A DNA stretch of 64,000 nucleotides. Origin: Takakia lepidozioides. Its lineage: Eukaryota > Plantae > Bryophyta. A model generated the notes under the pieces. The model had not been told where the DNA came from and did not search any database. It saw nothing but the letters and a program-made list of their open reading frames with translations. Below, piece by piece: positions 13,027-26,729 of the stretch. A program made the translations under genes and the position numbers. The stretch's first letter is position 1. Each line of letters opens with the position of its first letter. The DNA lies in contig CM060734.1 of NCBI GenBank assembly GCA_030704615.1, forward strand, positions 18,662,001-18,726,000. Direction: 5' to 3'.

Positions 13027-16000
13027 GAGAGATGGCCTATGGTTCCGCCTCTGGTCTTGTGGGATCAAGGGAAAGATGTGGAGAGTTGTCCACAACTTGT
13101 ATGCTCACACCAAAAGCTGTGTCACTGTTAACGGACAGAAGTCCAACTTCTTTGACATAGACCAAGGTGTAGCTCAAGGATGTACTCTCTCCCCTCTGCT
13201 CTTCAATGTTTTCATCAATCAACTCCTCGAGGATGTGGAAAGTGAGGGATTTGGGTTAAGGGTGGGTGATACCACCATACCAGCCCTTATGTTTGCGGAT
13301 GACTTCGCCGGCATAGGGGACATTCCAACCAATCTCCAGGAGTTGATTGATTGCGCGAAGAGATACTTTGATCTTTGGGGGCTAGAGGCTAATGTCAGCA
13401 AATGTGCAGTGGTAGCATTCAACGACAGAGGAGAGGGAGGAAGTGATCATAAGTGGCAGTGGGGTAGCCAAGAGATCCCGGTCCTCCCTTCCTACACTTA
13501 CCTGGGCGTTGAGTTCTCCTCCAATTGTAATTGGGATGCACATATCCGGAAAGTTGTTCAAACTGGCAAGGGCAAAGCTCTGGGGCTCACTAAATTTTCC
13601 CACTGCAGAGGGGTCAACTCTGAGGTTAAGAAAACCATGCTTTGTTGCGTTATTAGACCTGCCTTGGAGTACGGATCTGCTATATGGGTTGATAACTCCA
13701 ACCAGGCTAAGTCTCTAGAATCCATTCAAGTAGGGGTGCTTAAGGAGTGTATGTCAGCATGCTCCAAAACAGCCAATGTGGCTGTTCGGGGTGAGTTTGG
13801 CATCCCGTCCTTAAGCTCCCGACGAGATGAATTCAAGGTCAGATGGTGGGGTCAGCTGCAACATATGCCCAACACCAGATATCCTAAATTAATCGACTCT
13901 ATATCTTGGAAACAGGACCGCCCTGTCAAACAGGCTAAGTCCTGGCAGAAGAGAGTAGAAGACATCCTCAAGGACCTGGACCTGGATCCGCAAGTCTTGA
14001 CCCTGCTGGATAAATCTGACTTAGAGGCTGTAGTGTCCTCAGCCATGTCTGTTGCCATGAGATTGTCTGATGAAAATGAAGTTAGGCAGAAAACTTCCCT
14101 GACAGTCTGTGACATGGGGGAGGACATCTTGGATGACCTCAAGGGTCTACCCACTCTCGGCACTAGACTGAAATTTAAACTCAGGGCAGGAAGCCTACCT
14201 TTGAACAGTAAACAGAAGCAGAGAGGAAAGGGAGAGTGCAATTGCCCGTTGTGTGGGCAATCTGAAGACAGTATTCATTTTCTGATACACTGTCCGGGGT
14301 TCTCTCACCAAAGAGACGCTCTCTTCAAATCTAATAAGGGAATTGTGCCTGTACCCCTGTTTACCAACTTTGAAAGTCTCGAGGCTGAGCCAAAAGCCCA
14401 GGCCTCCTGAGGCCTAGTTTTTGGGCAAATCACACACAGCAGATTGATGCTTGTGTGAAGGGATTTCTAGAGGATATCTGGAAAACCCGGATTAATTCTT
14501 TATATGGAGGTAAGTCTTACTACCAATGGCAGCCCCTGACAGAGGTAGGTTCTGTCCCTTTTGTTCCCGCTCAAACTGGGCGCGGGGTCAATGGCCACAA
14601 GGCTACGGCAAACAACGTCTTATGAGTACAATCTCTCTCTCTCTGTGAAACGTTCGATTCGGAACTGGCGCATAGGAAAATTCGAAAATGAAGAGGTCAA
14701 GGCTGAGTATGTCCAGGCCTTGCAAGAGGCTCTCCCTCATTTTGTCCACTCGCTCCAAGACCTTCAGTCTCGCACTGGCAGTGCAAGAAATGAAGTCGAA
14801 AGAGCAGTGGATTCTTGGGAGAGTTTTGTCTCCTCTGTGGCTGACAAGATCATTGGGAGGAAACGAATTGTCTGCGGTAGAGCTGTTAATTGGTGGAGCA
14901 ATGAGATTATACTCAAGATAGTTGAGAGACGAGTCCTCTATAAAGAGTGCTGCAATTTGAATACCAACAAAGAATTGTGGGCTAAATACTACCAGATCGG
15001 CAAAGATATCAATCAGCTTGTAAGGTCTCAGAAGAAATTTTACTGGGACAAGCTATACAGTGAAATAAACTCAAACCACCATGGGGGTAATGACAAGAGA
15101 TTCTGGTTGGCCCTTCAACGTTTGTACAAGCGAAAAAAATTGTCAGCAAGTACAAGCGCCGAGGACTATGAAGGGTGCAGTGGTGACTTCAGCGGTTGAC
15201 ATTGTCAAAACCTTTGAAACCCACTACAGTATCCTTGGCAGAATTTCTAGGTCTAACAGTGAGGGATCCTCTGAAGAATGGAAGGACACAGTTGGAAAAA
15301 CTGTCCCTATGATTCAAGACAGCCCTGATGAATTGGAGTATATTTTGAAGATTGTGGAAGCAATTGAGCATTTAAACGGATATAAAGCTGGTGGACCTGA
15401 TGGCATAGTAAATGAGCTTATCAAGCACGGTGGCAATCCCATGATAGAGGCCCTTGCCCTCTTTAACCTTATCTGGAGGACTGAAAAGATCCCCTTTCGC
15501 TGGCAACAGGGGGTCATTGTCAATCTATACAAGAAGGGTGACAGAGAAGAACCGGGGAACTCCCCGAGGCATCACGCTCCTCACTGCAGTTGGCAAGATA
15601 TTTTGCAGAGTTTAAGTACTCGTCTCGAGGTTGATCTGGAATCTAGAGGTTGTTTCCACGAAGGCCAAGCTGGCTTTTGGCAAAACAGGGGCTGCGTGGA
15701 TCATATCTTCACTGTAAGCCAGATTATCCAGGGAAGGCAAAAAGAAGGGAAACCTACTTTTGTATTTTTCTTGGAAGGCTTATGACACAGTGTGGAGACA
15801 CGGTCTATGGCTCTGACTCTGGTCATGTGGGATCAAGGGGAAGATGTGGAGAGTTGTCCATAACTTGTATGCTCACACCAAAAGTTGTGTCACTGTCAAT
15901 GGACAGAAGTCTAACTTCTTTGACATAGACCAAGGTGTAGCTCAAGGATGTACCCTCTCCCCTCTGCTCTTCAATGTTTTAATCAATCAACTCCTCCGAG

Positions 16001-17423
16001 GATGTGGAAAGTGAGGGATTTGGGTTAAGGGTGGGTGCTGCCACCATACCAGCCCTTATGTTTGTGGATGCCTTCGCAGGCATAGGGGAGACTCCTTCCA
16101 ATCTCCAGGAGTGGATTAATTGCGCAAAGAGATACTTTGACCCTTGGGGGCTAGAGGCTAACGTCAGTAAATGTGCAGTAGTGCATTCAACGACCGAGGA
16201 GAGGGAGGAGGTGATCTCAAGTGGCAGTGGGGAATCCAAGAGATTCCGGTCCTCCCTTCCTACACATACCTCGGCGTTGAGTTTTCCTCCAACTGTAATT
16301 GGGATCACATATTCAGAAAGTTGTTCAAACTGGCAAGCGCAAAGCGCTGGGTCTCACCAAAATTTTCCACTGCAGAGGGATCAACTCTGAGGTCAAAAAA
16401 ACCATGCTTTGTCGCGTTATTAGACCTGCCTTGGAGTGCGCATCTGCAATATGGGTTGATAAGCTGGGACTGTTCAGAACTCTCCCCTGTCACAACTCTC
16501 CCCTGGGACTGCACATGACCCATGGGAGACAAACGCAACTCATGATAGATGCTGAAGAACCACAATGTCATTAGAACCTCGGAGATAGGCTTCAACAACA
16601 CAAATGATGGTCCGTGGGCCCCTTGTAGAAGTTACAAAGTTTCCCCCTCTTCTTTCTATCTTCTCTCACTCTGTAAACATAGTGCCCTTTCAGATGTGGG
16701 TTTTCATACGTCCCCAACTGTCCCCAAGTTCCAGGGCAAAGGTGAAGTGTAGAAATGTCTTTGCAATATTTTCCAAGAAACTGGCGGAAGTTTCCATTCC
16801 GTTACTAAAATATTAAGGTAAACTTTGGTGGTTTGATCCATATTTATTCAAATTTTGGGGGACTTCAACTTTCTCAATCTCCAGGAGCAATTCTGGGAGC
16901 TGTCATTTTCTTGAAACTGATTGGTTATCGCTATTTTCATGACTTTTTCGGTAGGTTTTCAAGTTAAAGGATGTATCCAGTGACAAAGAATATATGCTTG
17001 TTGGTCTCACAATTGTATGAATTTGTGGTGCCACTGCAGTTGGTCGACATACTCTCAAAGTACAAGGATATTATGAGGGATCATGTTCTCACCGTGAGGC
17101 AAGGCCTGATTCCTCCAGACCAAGAGGATAGTCCTTTGAAGAATGGACTTATTACATTTACTTCCTTTCTGTTATTTGGTTGTACCCCACTGCTATCTTA
17201 TTTGGTATTGAACCCCTTCACTAACAACAAGCACTACAAATTTATTGGAGCCTGCGTGGTAACTGCCCTTGCCCTCATTCTTCTTGGCCTGGCTAAAGCG
17301 CGCGTCTCTGGGCAAAAGTATCTTGGTTCAGTGCTGGTGGTGTTGTGCAATGGGGGAATAGCGGCAGCTGCTGCATATCTCATCAGCTATGTATTGAATA
17401 ATGTCTTTGGAATCTCAGAATGA
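11680..17423 (+). CDS. VIT1/CCC1-family vacuolar iron/manganese transporter; exons 11680-11947, 12758-12969, 17040-17423
   Basis: The exons encode GEYVKSIVYGGLDAIVTSFALVASVSG, AVLVLGFANLIADGISMGFGDYLSSTAE and PLKNGLITFTSFLLFGCTPLLSY..LGLAKA. GT-AG junctions are in phase and the stop is TGA ending at 17423. Confidence 0.92.
13020..14632 (+). mobile_element. 5'-truncated non-LTR retrotransposon (LINE, RTE-X/L1-like) copy 1 in VIT intron 2
   Basis: RT motifs GVAQGCTLSPLLF, LMFADD and YTYLG are present, followed by a C-terminal CCHC (CPLCGQSEDSIHFLIHC). The copy is flanked on both sides by (CT)n-GTG. Confidence 0.9.
14645..16462 (+). mobile_element. LINE copy 2 (same family, frameshifted, truncated at both ends)
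   Basis: It encodes KAGGPDGIVNELIKHGG, WQQGVIVNLYKKGD and EGQAGF..NRGCVDHIFT. Positions ~15789-16462 are highly similar to ~13022-13695. Confidence 0.9.
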
Positions 17424-19459
17424 GGTTTTCCAGCATCACTTACTTCCTGCAGCAGCTATCCATCATTCTCTAAACCTGTCGCACCATGACCAAGGCTCGT
17501 TAACAACTTGATTTCTTTTGTAAACCAGGCTTTACAGTGTTGTTTAGTATCTGGAACTCGAAGCTTTTGTTGCTGAGGTTCTTTGAAGCGCATTGGATTG
17601 AAGGTGGATTGATCAAGTTGAAGTTTATCTGGCATTTATCTGACACCCTGCATTGTCTTGAGCTCAAAGGTCAGGGGATAACTCTGAACGAGCAGAGAAG
17701 GTGTGCACCTTTCCAACATAAGGTAGTAGTCCTTCAAAAGAACTGATCAGTACGCTTTGTAGGTGGCAGTATGCAGCTTGGCTTAACAAATGTTGTCTAT
17801 TGAAAGATCTTCGAACATGAAAATACTGTATCTTGATAGACACAATTCACGATGTAATGTTTTGAGAGGTTTTGTACTGAGTTTGTATGTTTCTGGAATG
17901 GAAGATTTCGATGATCAATTCTGTTCATGTCTTAGAGGCTGTGGAATTTTGAGTTTCTTGTTAAGTTATTGTTTTACATGGTGATATATGATTTCAGATA
18001 CATAACTCGACTAAGGGTATGATCGGTCATATTTTGAACAACTTCCCTGAGGAAAAGAAATATGTTGTATAATGAAATGGCGTGTACTCTGACATTTGTG
18101 TGTCGCAATATTTAGCATGACTATTTGATGAAGATCTGTGATCTTGCGGCTGCGATGGAAGAGAATCAATTTCTTCCCTTAAGCCCAGCTGCTTTGGAAT
18201 GTTTTCTGATCCTGAATTTTTTTTTTATTAAGGTCTCATCTATACCAGATCAGAACTACACTGCTTTTTTCATCCTGGCTGGACGACATCCATACCATGG
18301 GACAGCAGTAATGAAAACTGTGCAACGCTATCAGATTTTTTGGATTTTCATTCCGATTGGATGAAATCGTAAGGGGTGATGGCCTTATCACGACGCTAAC
18401 CCTAAAAAACCATACTTTGAGGTTTCTGCTGAAGCTGAGTGATGGCGATTACAGTGCTCACACGGCGTAATTCTAGGGCGTTTGATACCTCTGGAGGTGT
18501 TTAATGAAGGATAAAGTAGCCTGATTGCGACATTCTAGGCTTTATTAAAAGCCCTGACATGTGCTATGGCGGCGAGTCTTCATGTTTGAGCTAATGCTGG
18601 GAATGAGTGAATGTGGCGAAAGTGCTCTTCAGCACAATTCCGGGGAGTTTTGATGCTTCTGGAGGTACCCCACTGACATACCAGGTGTAATCAAGGGCCC
18701 TGGCATGTGCATTGGCGGCGAATCTTCACCCCCCTTGTTGATGGTTGCACTGTTTATGCGGGGCAAACAATTTAGTTGCCTGCCAACCCCTTGAATGCTC
18801 ATTAAAGAAGGAGCGGCGCCTTTGTCTTCACCATGTCGCAATCTTCCCCTCTCCCACCATCCTTTAAGGTTTGGGTTTTTTTGCTGCTATGTTCCATGCA
18901 TCTTCTAGCTTTAGATTGCATATGCCACATCGATAGCAAGTGTGAAGGTCTGTAACCCGACGCATGCTCACTAACACACTAAAAGTTGTTTGTGGTGGTT
19001 TTTGGGACGGGCGCAGGTGAGGATCTTCACCTCGTATGAAGTTTGAAGCTTGTAGATGTTATGGAATGTGCAGAAAGGAATGATTGTTGCAGCTTGCTGC
19101 CGCCGCCAAGTAACTCCTACTTCAATGAGACTTCAAGAGGGATCAGTTTCAAAACCCTATGCCTTTGAGCTTTGGTTCTTTTTTACCACCAATTCTGCTC
19201 TTTTAGGAGTAAAGATCATCAGTAAGGCCTCTTAGAATTCAAACTTTCTATGGCTTTTGACAAAGCTACTATGTAGCATTTTTTGACAATGGCTACACCT
19301 TGACAATGGACTGGGACAACCTGTCCAGGCCCCTCTCTTTCCTTCTTTCTTTGTCTTATGATGAGTCTGGCAGTTCTGCTTATATGAAACACCTGAGCTG
19401 GGCATGTGACACCTTTTAGATCACACACTTTCTTCAAGGTTATCAAAAACTGTTAATTT

Positions 19460-20860
19460 TATGGCTTGATATTATTTTGATATCTAGTGAACATGTTTGG
19501 GACTATGGCAAAGTGTTTTGGACAGTGTGTTCACATACCTCTGTAACTGTACTTTAAGTCATGTGTGAGCTTTTGAAAATTCAAAAGTGCTATGTTTATG
19601 ACATGATACCAAGCTGTTTCTTTGTTGAGCCTATATGTAATTGATATGGCTATGGATTAACATTTTGAAACCTGGTTTAACTTTGAAATATCAAAATGCT
19701 ATGTTTATAACCTGGTAACAAAATGATATCTATTAAGCATGTATTCTACTTTGGCTGAATATGGATAAAACTTTGGAACAACAATTTAGAGCCTGTTTTT
19801 GCTTCTGAAAGTCAAAATGTTTTTGCATAGTAACTACTGTGCAAATCAACACCTTATGGTGGAATTTAGCTTTTTGAAAACTCAAACAGATCTGTCTAAG
19901 ACCTGATATCAGGCTGGGAATTCAGTGAATCTGTTTGCCACCATGGCAGAGTACTGATAACGCCTTGGAGTAACACCTTAAGGACTGGTGGTGTGGCCAT
20001 GTAACACATTAAGCCATGTCTTAGCATTTGAAAGTTCAAACTGCTATGTTTGTGACATGATATCAAGGTTTCTCAGGCGAGCCTGTGTTTTATTAGGACA
20101 GAGTAACTGATAAGGCTGATCTGGAAACAACATTTTAAAGCCTGGAGTAGCTTATGTCAGAATGCTCTGTTATGACCTGATATCAGGCTGATATCTGTTA
20201 AGCCTGTTGTTTGTGACATAATATCAAGGTTTTTTCAGGTGAGGCTGTGTTTTTATCAGGCTGATATATGTTAAGCATGTTGTTTACTATGGCTGGATGT
20301 GGATAAAGCTTTGGAGCAACATTTTAAAGCCTGGTTTTGCCATTGAAAGTCCAAACAGCCCCGTCTTTTTGTGTTTTTTGCCTAGTAAATACTATGCAAA
20401 TGTTTGAATGGACTGAAAAGACAGGTTTGTACCTCATATGACTGCTTTGACTTAGGAAGTATGATAATAAGGCCCTGGAACAACATATCCAGACCCAGTT
20501 CAGCATATAGAAAGTCACCACAGCTCTGTTTTCTGCAAAATCTGCTTTGTAAAATGCTATACAGTCCATTTGATAAAGCTCTTTTAGAACACATTGTTTC
20601 TCTGAAAGCCCCCAGTAACCCTTGGGGAATATAAATAATATCTGTTGAGCCTAATTCTTACTATGGCAGACTGCTGGCAATGCTCTGAGACAACCACCTA
20701 AGGTTGGAATTAGCTCAAACAGATCTGTTTATGCCCAGGTGTCTGACTGGTACTTAGTGAATATGTTTTTCACCATGGCAGAGTACTGGTAATGCTACGG
20801 AGCACCACCTTAAGGGCATTTTTGAACGATCCAACAAGCTCTGTGCCAGTGTTTGAACAT
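19460..20860. repeat. Degenerate tandem repeat array (unit roughly 110-150 bp)
   Basis: A TGCTATGTTT(A/G)TGAC(A/C)TGATATCA(A/G)G-like motif recurs at ~19588, 19697, 19894, 20043, 20163 and 20205. Confidence 0.55.
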
Positions 20861-20950
20861 ACTGCAATGGCTCTGTTGCTTCCAGATTGGTTGTAAGCTG
20901 GTTCTGAAATAATATTTCTAGAACTAAAATCTGGCTCCATGGAGTATGAA

Positions 20951-21190
20951 TCCTGTCTGGCTGAGTGGTGATGGAAGAAAACAAGGTCTTTTCTATAATG
21001 AACACCTTACAAAGGTCTCCGGTTCAAATCTGGTCATAGGCTCTGTGAAAAAAAAAATGATTAGATATCCAAATTTGAATTAAGCCATATCCAATCTTCT
21101 TTTTTCAAAGAGCCTACGACCAGATTTGAACCGCCCCTGACCTATGTCAGGGCGCCGTCTTTATACAAAAAGCCCTAGCTTCTGCTGCAT
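20951..21190. repeat. Imperfect ~105-bp inverted repeat with tRNA-like A/B boxes and A-rich tails (tail-to-tail)
   Basis: CGGTTCAAATCTGGTCATAGGCTCTGTGAAAAAA at ~21020 has its reverse complement at ~21100-21133. The + arm has TGGCTGAGTGG (A-box-like) and GGTTCAAATC (B-box-like). Confidence 0.6.
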
Positions 21191-22099
21191 GCCGCGTGGC
21201 GTGATAGGCCAAGCCCGCGGTGCCTTTTCTTATCCCTAGATTTAATGAAGGGCCAGAATGCGGCCAACAGCCTAAACTAACCCTAGCTGAACTATCATTG
21301 TAACGGTTTAACGGTACTTTTAAGCCAAAAGATTATACGATGAATGAGTATCGCCGCTTTGGATGAATAAGGAGATTTCTAGGCTAGGAAAGAATGGGCC
21401 TTCACAGCATCAAGGTGTAAGTAGCATAGGAATTGTTTGTCAGTATTAATGTGGTATGGGAAGCGGAAAAAATGTTTGGGAATAGCATCAAGGCTGAAGA
21501 GTACAAATGAATGGTATGTCCAAGTTATTTGAGTGGGGTATCTAGGTGGTATATTCGAGTGTTGTGCATGAATAGTGTGCATGAGAAATATATAGGGAAA
21601 ATATGTCTGAGTAGCAAGGCCGAGTAGTGTATCTGAGTTGTGTATATGATAGATATACTTGGGTGATATATTCGTATACTGTACAGGAGTAGTGTGCGTG
21701 AGGAATAATAAAAAAATGAATAAGTTATGAGCAATAGAAGATTTGCTTGAAAACAGTACAGGAATATGAGCAATGGAAATTTTGTTTGAGGGTAATATAA
21801 AATTATGAGCAGTGTACCATTTGTGGGAGAGTAGTACTAAAATACAATGAATGTAAGGTTTGATTGGGAATAGTGTTGGAGTATGAGTAACGGAAAGTGT
21901 GAGTAGTGTTGAGGTACGAGGGGAACATAGTCTCTTTAGAAGCAGTTGGGGGTGGAGCGGCGCTCCGCCCTCCCACCATGATCTCGTCTATGTCTCAGCA
22001 AGGTTTTAGTTATAACTATCTTTTTAGGGTTCCGCCAAATCCCTAATCTCCTCGTCTTCCTAAGTTCTCCAGACTAGCGGTCCCGCTTATTCGGCAGCC

Positions 22100-25000
22100 T
22101 TGCAACAGCGGCTCTCCTCGCTCCAATCCCGGGTGTTCACGGATGGGTGTTCTCCAACGAGGAATGTGTCATGTCCCATTTCAGCAGCGCTTGCCACCAT
22201 TCCATGAGTTCTGGTATTATGCTACTACTATGTGAACGTTTCGAGTTTGCGCTTCATTCTATATCTGCCCTGATGGAACGCCTTTCGTTATTTGTGTGAT
22301 CTACGACCACTTGCTGGCCTTGTGGCATTCGTGCGCTATGTCCATTAATGATGGGGAGGCCCTACGGGTCTTCCGTATTTTGCAGTAGGCTCTCCATCTC
22401 TGCTAAATGAGGTCGAGCCTACTGGAACGTGCGGAAGAGTTATAGTGTCTTCCTTCTCATTATGAGACATTGTGCACAGACGTCAGAAGGTCTACAAGTT
22501 GTCGCTCTTTTCACCGTGCTCCCCTCATCGCAGCTTCGACTTTTTTGTTCATGGACTCCTTCCTCCATGCTTCGCCGTCATGTCATTGTGCTCTCCAACC
22601 CGGTCCCTATTCCCTTCATCCTGACGGATTCCAAGCATTCCATGGTTCTCGTATTATCCTAGTACTATGTGAATGTTTGGAGTTTGTGTTGCGTTTTCAT
22701 TTTGTTTTGCAATGTCTACCCCGCTGGATTGTCGGCCGTTATTGTGCGATGTGCAAAAACGGCAGGAGGTCCTCAAGTTCTCACTGTTTTCACCGTGCTC
22801 CCCTCGTCGCCGCTGTTCATGGACTCCTTCCTCCATGATGTGCTCCCCCGTCCCCCTGCTCCTCGCTCCCCAGCTTCACCGTTCCTCCGCTCCCCAGCCC
22901 CCGAGACGAGGTTCCTCGCTCCCTTGCTTTGCCGCTCCCCCGCGAACTTCCGTCATTCCTCGATTCCTGGATGGCGAGCCTCCCCGCTCCGTTCGCGTTG
23001 GCCCCCCGCTCCCCCCACCAATCCTTCCCCGCTCCCCTCGCGAGGGCTCCCCGCTCCCCACAGGGGCTCTCTGCCGGAGCTCCCCGCTCCCGCTCCCCTC
23101 TGGATTCTCTCCCCACTCCCGTCGGGAGGTGCGCACCGCTCTCCTCGCGTGGACTCCCGTTCCCCTCGCCGGGGCCGGGAACGCCTCCCCGCATCCCTGG
23201 TGAGGCGCCCATGCTCCCCCCGCTCCCCCTGCTTTGCCGCTCCACTGCTCACTGGCGTCGTCCCTCGCTCCCCTCTGGTCCCCCGCTCCCCTCGGGCGGT
23301 GCCCTCCACCCCGATAGCAGAGACACGTGGCTCTACCGTCACCGTTCATTGCACTATATATATGTGTATGGTCCTCCCAGTTTTCATAGATGTTCGTTTT
23401 GTTTGGCTGCCTTCAACAACGGCCTTCTTGTTCAAATCCCGCCCGTGTTCAGGGATGGGTGTTCTCCGGCGACGAATGTGTCTTGTCCCGTGTGTCCAGG
23501 CGCTCAGTAGCATTCCATGCATTCTGGTATTATGCTACTACTATGTGAACGGTTCGAGTTTGAGCCTCATTCAAGGTCTGCCCTATTGGAATGCCTTTTG
23601 CTATATGTGTGATCTGCGACCACTTCCTGGCTTCTTGGCGTTCGAGCACAATGCCGACCCATGTGCTACAAGCCTTGGGCGTCTTCCTTATGTCACAATT
23701 GGCTCTCCATCTCTGAGAAGTTAGGTGGACCTTACTGTAACGTTCGGAAGAGTCGTGGGGCTTTTCATTCATGATGAGACATTGTGCACAAACGGCAAGA
23801 GGCCATTGTGCACAATGATGAGACATTGTGCACGGTCCATGAATTCGTTCCTCCATGCTTCCCTGTCATGTCATTGTGCGGTCCCCGTTCCTGAGTTCTA
23901 AGCATTCCATGGTTGTGGTATTATGCTACTACTATGTGAACGTATCGAGAAAGCTTCATTCAATATCTTCCCTGGTGGATTGCCTTTCGTTATTGTCTGA
24001 TCTGCACTACTTACGGCCCATGTCACAGTGCTCCCCTCCTTCCCGTGCCCCTCCGTTGCCGCTCTCGCTCCCCTCGCGAGTTCTCCCCGCTCCCCTCCGG
24101 TCCCACTCCACTCCCTCCGGCTTCCACCTCCACCGGCGCTTCCACCCGCTACCCCCCCCTCTCCCCTCACGTCGGCTCCCGACTCCCCTACATGGGCAGG
24201 GCTCCCCTGAGCCCCGCTCCCTTTCTGCTACGCTCTCCCCACCCACGATTCAGCGCTTCCCGATCCCCCGCTTCCAATTCTCCACCCAGTATATAGTCAA
24301 CGCTGGCTTTGCTATTCTCAATCTGTTGCGTAGTACGATGGTCGTCCTGCCACATCGGTCTTCGAGCAGCTCGGTTTGATTTCAGCCGGCTTTGCCCCGT
24401 ATAATATCCTTCCGCTCCCCTCGCCATGTTTCCCCGCTTCCTTCCGGCTCCCGCTCACTTGGGTCGTCCCTCACTCCCCACTGCTCCGCTCTGCCCGCCC
24501 CCCTCCGCCGTCCGCCGCTCCCCACCCTCATGCGCCTCTCACCGGCTTTGCGCTCCCCTCCACATCCGCGACCCTCCCACATTTCCTGCCGGCACTGCTC
24601 CCCTGCTCGCGTTGCCCTCGTGCCTATTCCCTTCGCGCGCTCGCCACGAACCCCATCCGCGCTGCCATGCTTTTCATGTTTATATTTACCCAGCCGCTCA
24701 GACATGTTTACATGACCTTGGTGTCCCAATGGTTGGTATTCCTCACTGTCAGTACATAGGTCTTCAGCTCGAACCTCAACTCTTTGTAGCTTTGTTTTTG
24801 TGTAGCCCCGTTCCTCGTGTGCCCTCCATCGCGTGCCGTTCCCCTCATGTGTTGTCCATCCGATCCCCCCCTGGGCGCTCCCCTCATGCGACGCTCCGCC
24901 GATCCCCTCCTCGCCGCCCCCCTTCCGTCCTTTCGTCCTTCGCTCACTCATTCCCCTCCGTGGCCTCCCCGCTCCCCCTATCCTTTGCTCCCCTCCTGCT

Positions 25001-25975
25001 CCGCCCATTCTCCTTCTTTCATACACGTGCGGGTCACTGTTGTTTAGGATCCTATACATGACGACAATATGTCCTATGCTCGTAGGGACGAAACGTCCTA
25101 GGGTTGAGCAATTTGTCTTCCTCGTGTTCTATTTTCTTTTGCTGCCTCGTGCGTATGCAAACATGTTGCGCCATATTGTGCAATCCCTTCACTGTTATGT
25201 TCAGAGATGACGTCAATTCTTCCGGATTTTGGATCCAGCAACGTCTGTGTCCAATTGCGCCAAAATTTTCTCATTCCATGCGTTTGTTGCCGATTCTGCT
25301 ATCATGCAAAAATAGTCTCATTCCTTGAGTACATGGGCACGGAGGTGGCCTTTCTTATTCCTGCAGTGTTTGCTCTGTTGGATTGGCTTTCTTGTATTGT
25401 ATACATCCCTGTTGTTTTCGCGCGCATACTGATGTTTGTAATTTTTGCTGTGTTCATCGGCACCATCCGAACTTGTACATCGACTTGGTGTGGCTTCCAA
25501 TGCAGAGGTGGGCCTGTAATTGGGCCTCGCAGTCTCGAAATGAAGTCGTTGGGTAAGCCTAGTCTCATGTACACAGTTCAAGTTGCAGCTGCATCGTTTT
25601 GTTTCTTGATCTCATCATCGTGCGACCCCATGAGTGTTCGCAGTTGCAGTCATGCCCGTCCCCTATCCGGCGCTCCGCTCCCCATGCTCTGCTCTCCTCT
25701 CCTCGCTCCCCTGTTGGCGCTCCCCTATCCTCTGTCCCCTCTCTGTGCTCCCCGATTGGCACTCCCTTGTCTGTGGCGTCGCTCCCCTGTCGTTGTACTG
25801 ACCTGTCGAAGCGCCGCGTGGACATTTGTCGGCGCCTTCAATTGCCTGCCGCTCCCCTTGACATCCACGCGCTTGGTCTCCCGCCCTCTTCCACGGTTCC
25901 CCTCGCATGTTTTCCTGGTCCTCTTCCTGGTCCCCTCGCTCTGTCGTTTGTTTGTCTTGAGCGCCAGGCTCCTCC
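22100..25975. repeat. Compound repeat: four copies of a ~400-bp module interleaved with C-rich (CGCTCCCC)n tracts
   Basis: The motif CATTCCATG..TATTAT(G/C)CTA(C/G)TACTATGTGAA occurs at ~22198, 22636, 23511 and 23903. The ORFs here are Pro/Arg-rich low-complexity artefacts. Confidence 0.7.
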
Positions 25976-26700
25976 TGTCGTGCACCTAAGCATCGTGCCA
26001 CAACATACATCATTGTCCATCACACATTCTAAGCATACAATCCTAGAAAGCTATGCCACAATGATAATAAAAGTGAACACAATGGAAACCCTCCACTCAT
26101 GAATCCACTCAATCACATAAACTAAGTCAAGCCAATGGCACCTTTGCTAAAGGATTCCACCCTACAAAGCCCTCACCACACTCCCTCTCAATACCTAGAG
26201 CTATGGAGGTGGGAGAGGCTCATGGAGGCTCAACTACAAGAAGATGAGCCCTCCTCAACCCTCACAAGGGGAAAACCCATCCCCATGTCCCAAGTGAGGC
26301 TTGACACCTCAGTTGGCATGTGAGACCAAATGAAGTCCCAACACACAAAATATAAATATAAATATCTAAAATGTACTAGTTAACTAGAAGTAGGCAATTC
26401 TAGTTAACCATGACTAAAACTATGACAGTTGTCGTGCACCTAAGCATCGTGCCACAACATACATTGTTGTCCATCACACATTCTAAGCATACAATCCTAG
26501 AAAGCTATGCCACAATCGCCCCCCTAGCTGGTGATTAGGTCCCTCTAACACTAGAGAGCTGACAATTATCCATCTCAATAAGATCATTGCTTGGTCTTCA
26601 ATCGCACATGTCTCAATTTTCTAATGTATATGGATCAAGAGGCCGGGTGCAAAGAGAGCCCCATCGTTAGTTGCCTGCCTGCAATCCGTGATCTTCAATT
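25976..26700 (-). mobile_element. 3' end of PHD-Gypsy family, copy 1 (3' UTR, PPT, B-A-B terminal repeat)
   Basis: The 85-bp units at 25976-26060 and 26430-26514 are near-identical. The PPT (minus strand CACCAGCTAGGGGGGCGAT) abuts the inner unit, and the 3' UTR is homologous to 35509-35690. Confidence 0.85.
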
Positions 26701-26729
26701 GAGTATCCATGGCGTTGAACTCCCATCAG

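Noticed and set aside
20951-21045. Functional tRNA gene
   Set aside because: A/B boxes are present, but there is no proper anticodon arm, the spacing is too long, and an A-tail replaces a T-terminator.
21948-21978. GC-rich hairpin as a Helitron 3' end
   Set aside because: There is no CTRR terminus at the expected distance and no matching 5' end.
22669-26102. Many long overlapping ORFs (up to 351 aa) on both strands
   Set aside because: They are Pro/Arg/Ser/Gly-rich products of C-rich low-complexity repeats lacking stop codons, with no domain motifs.
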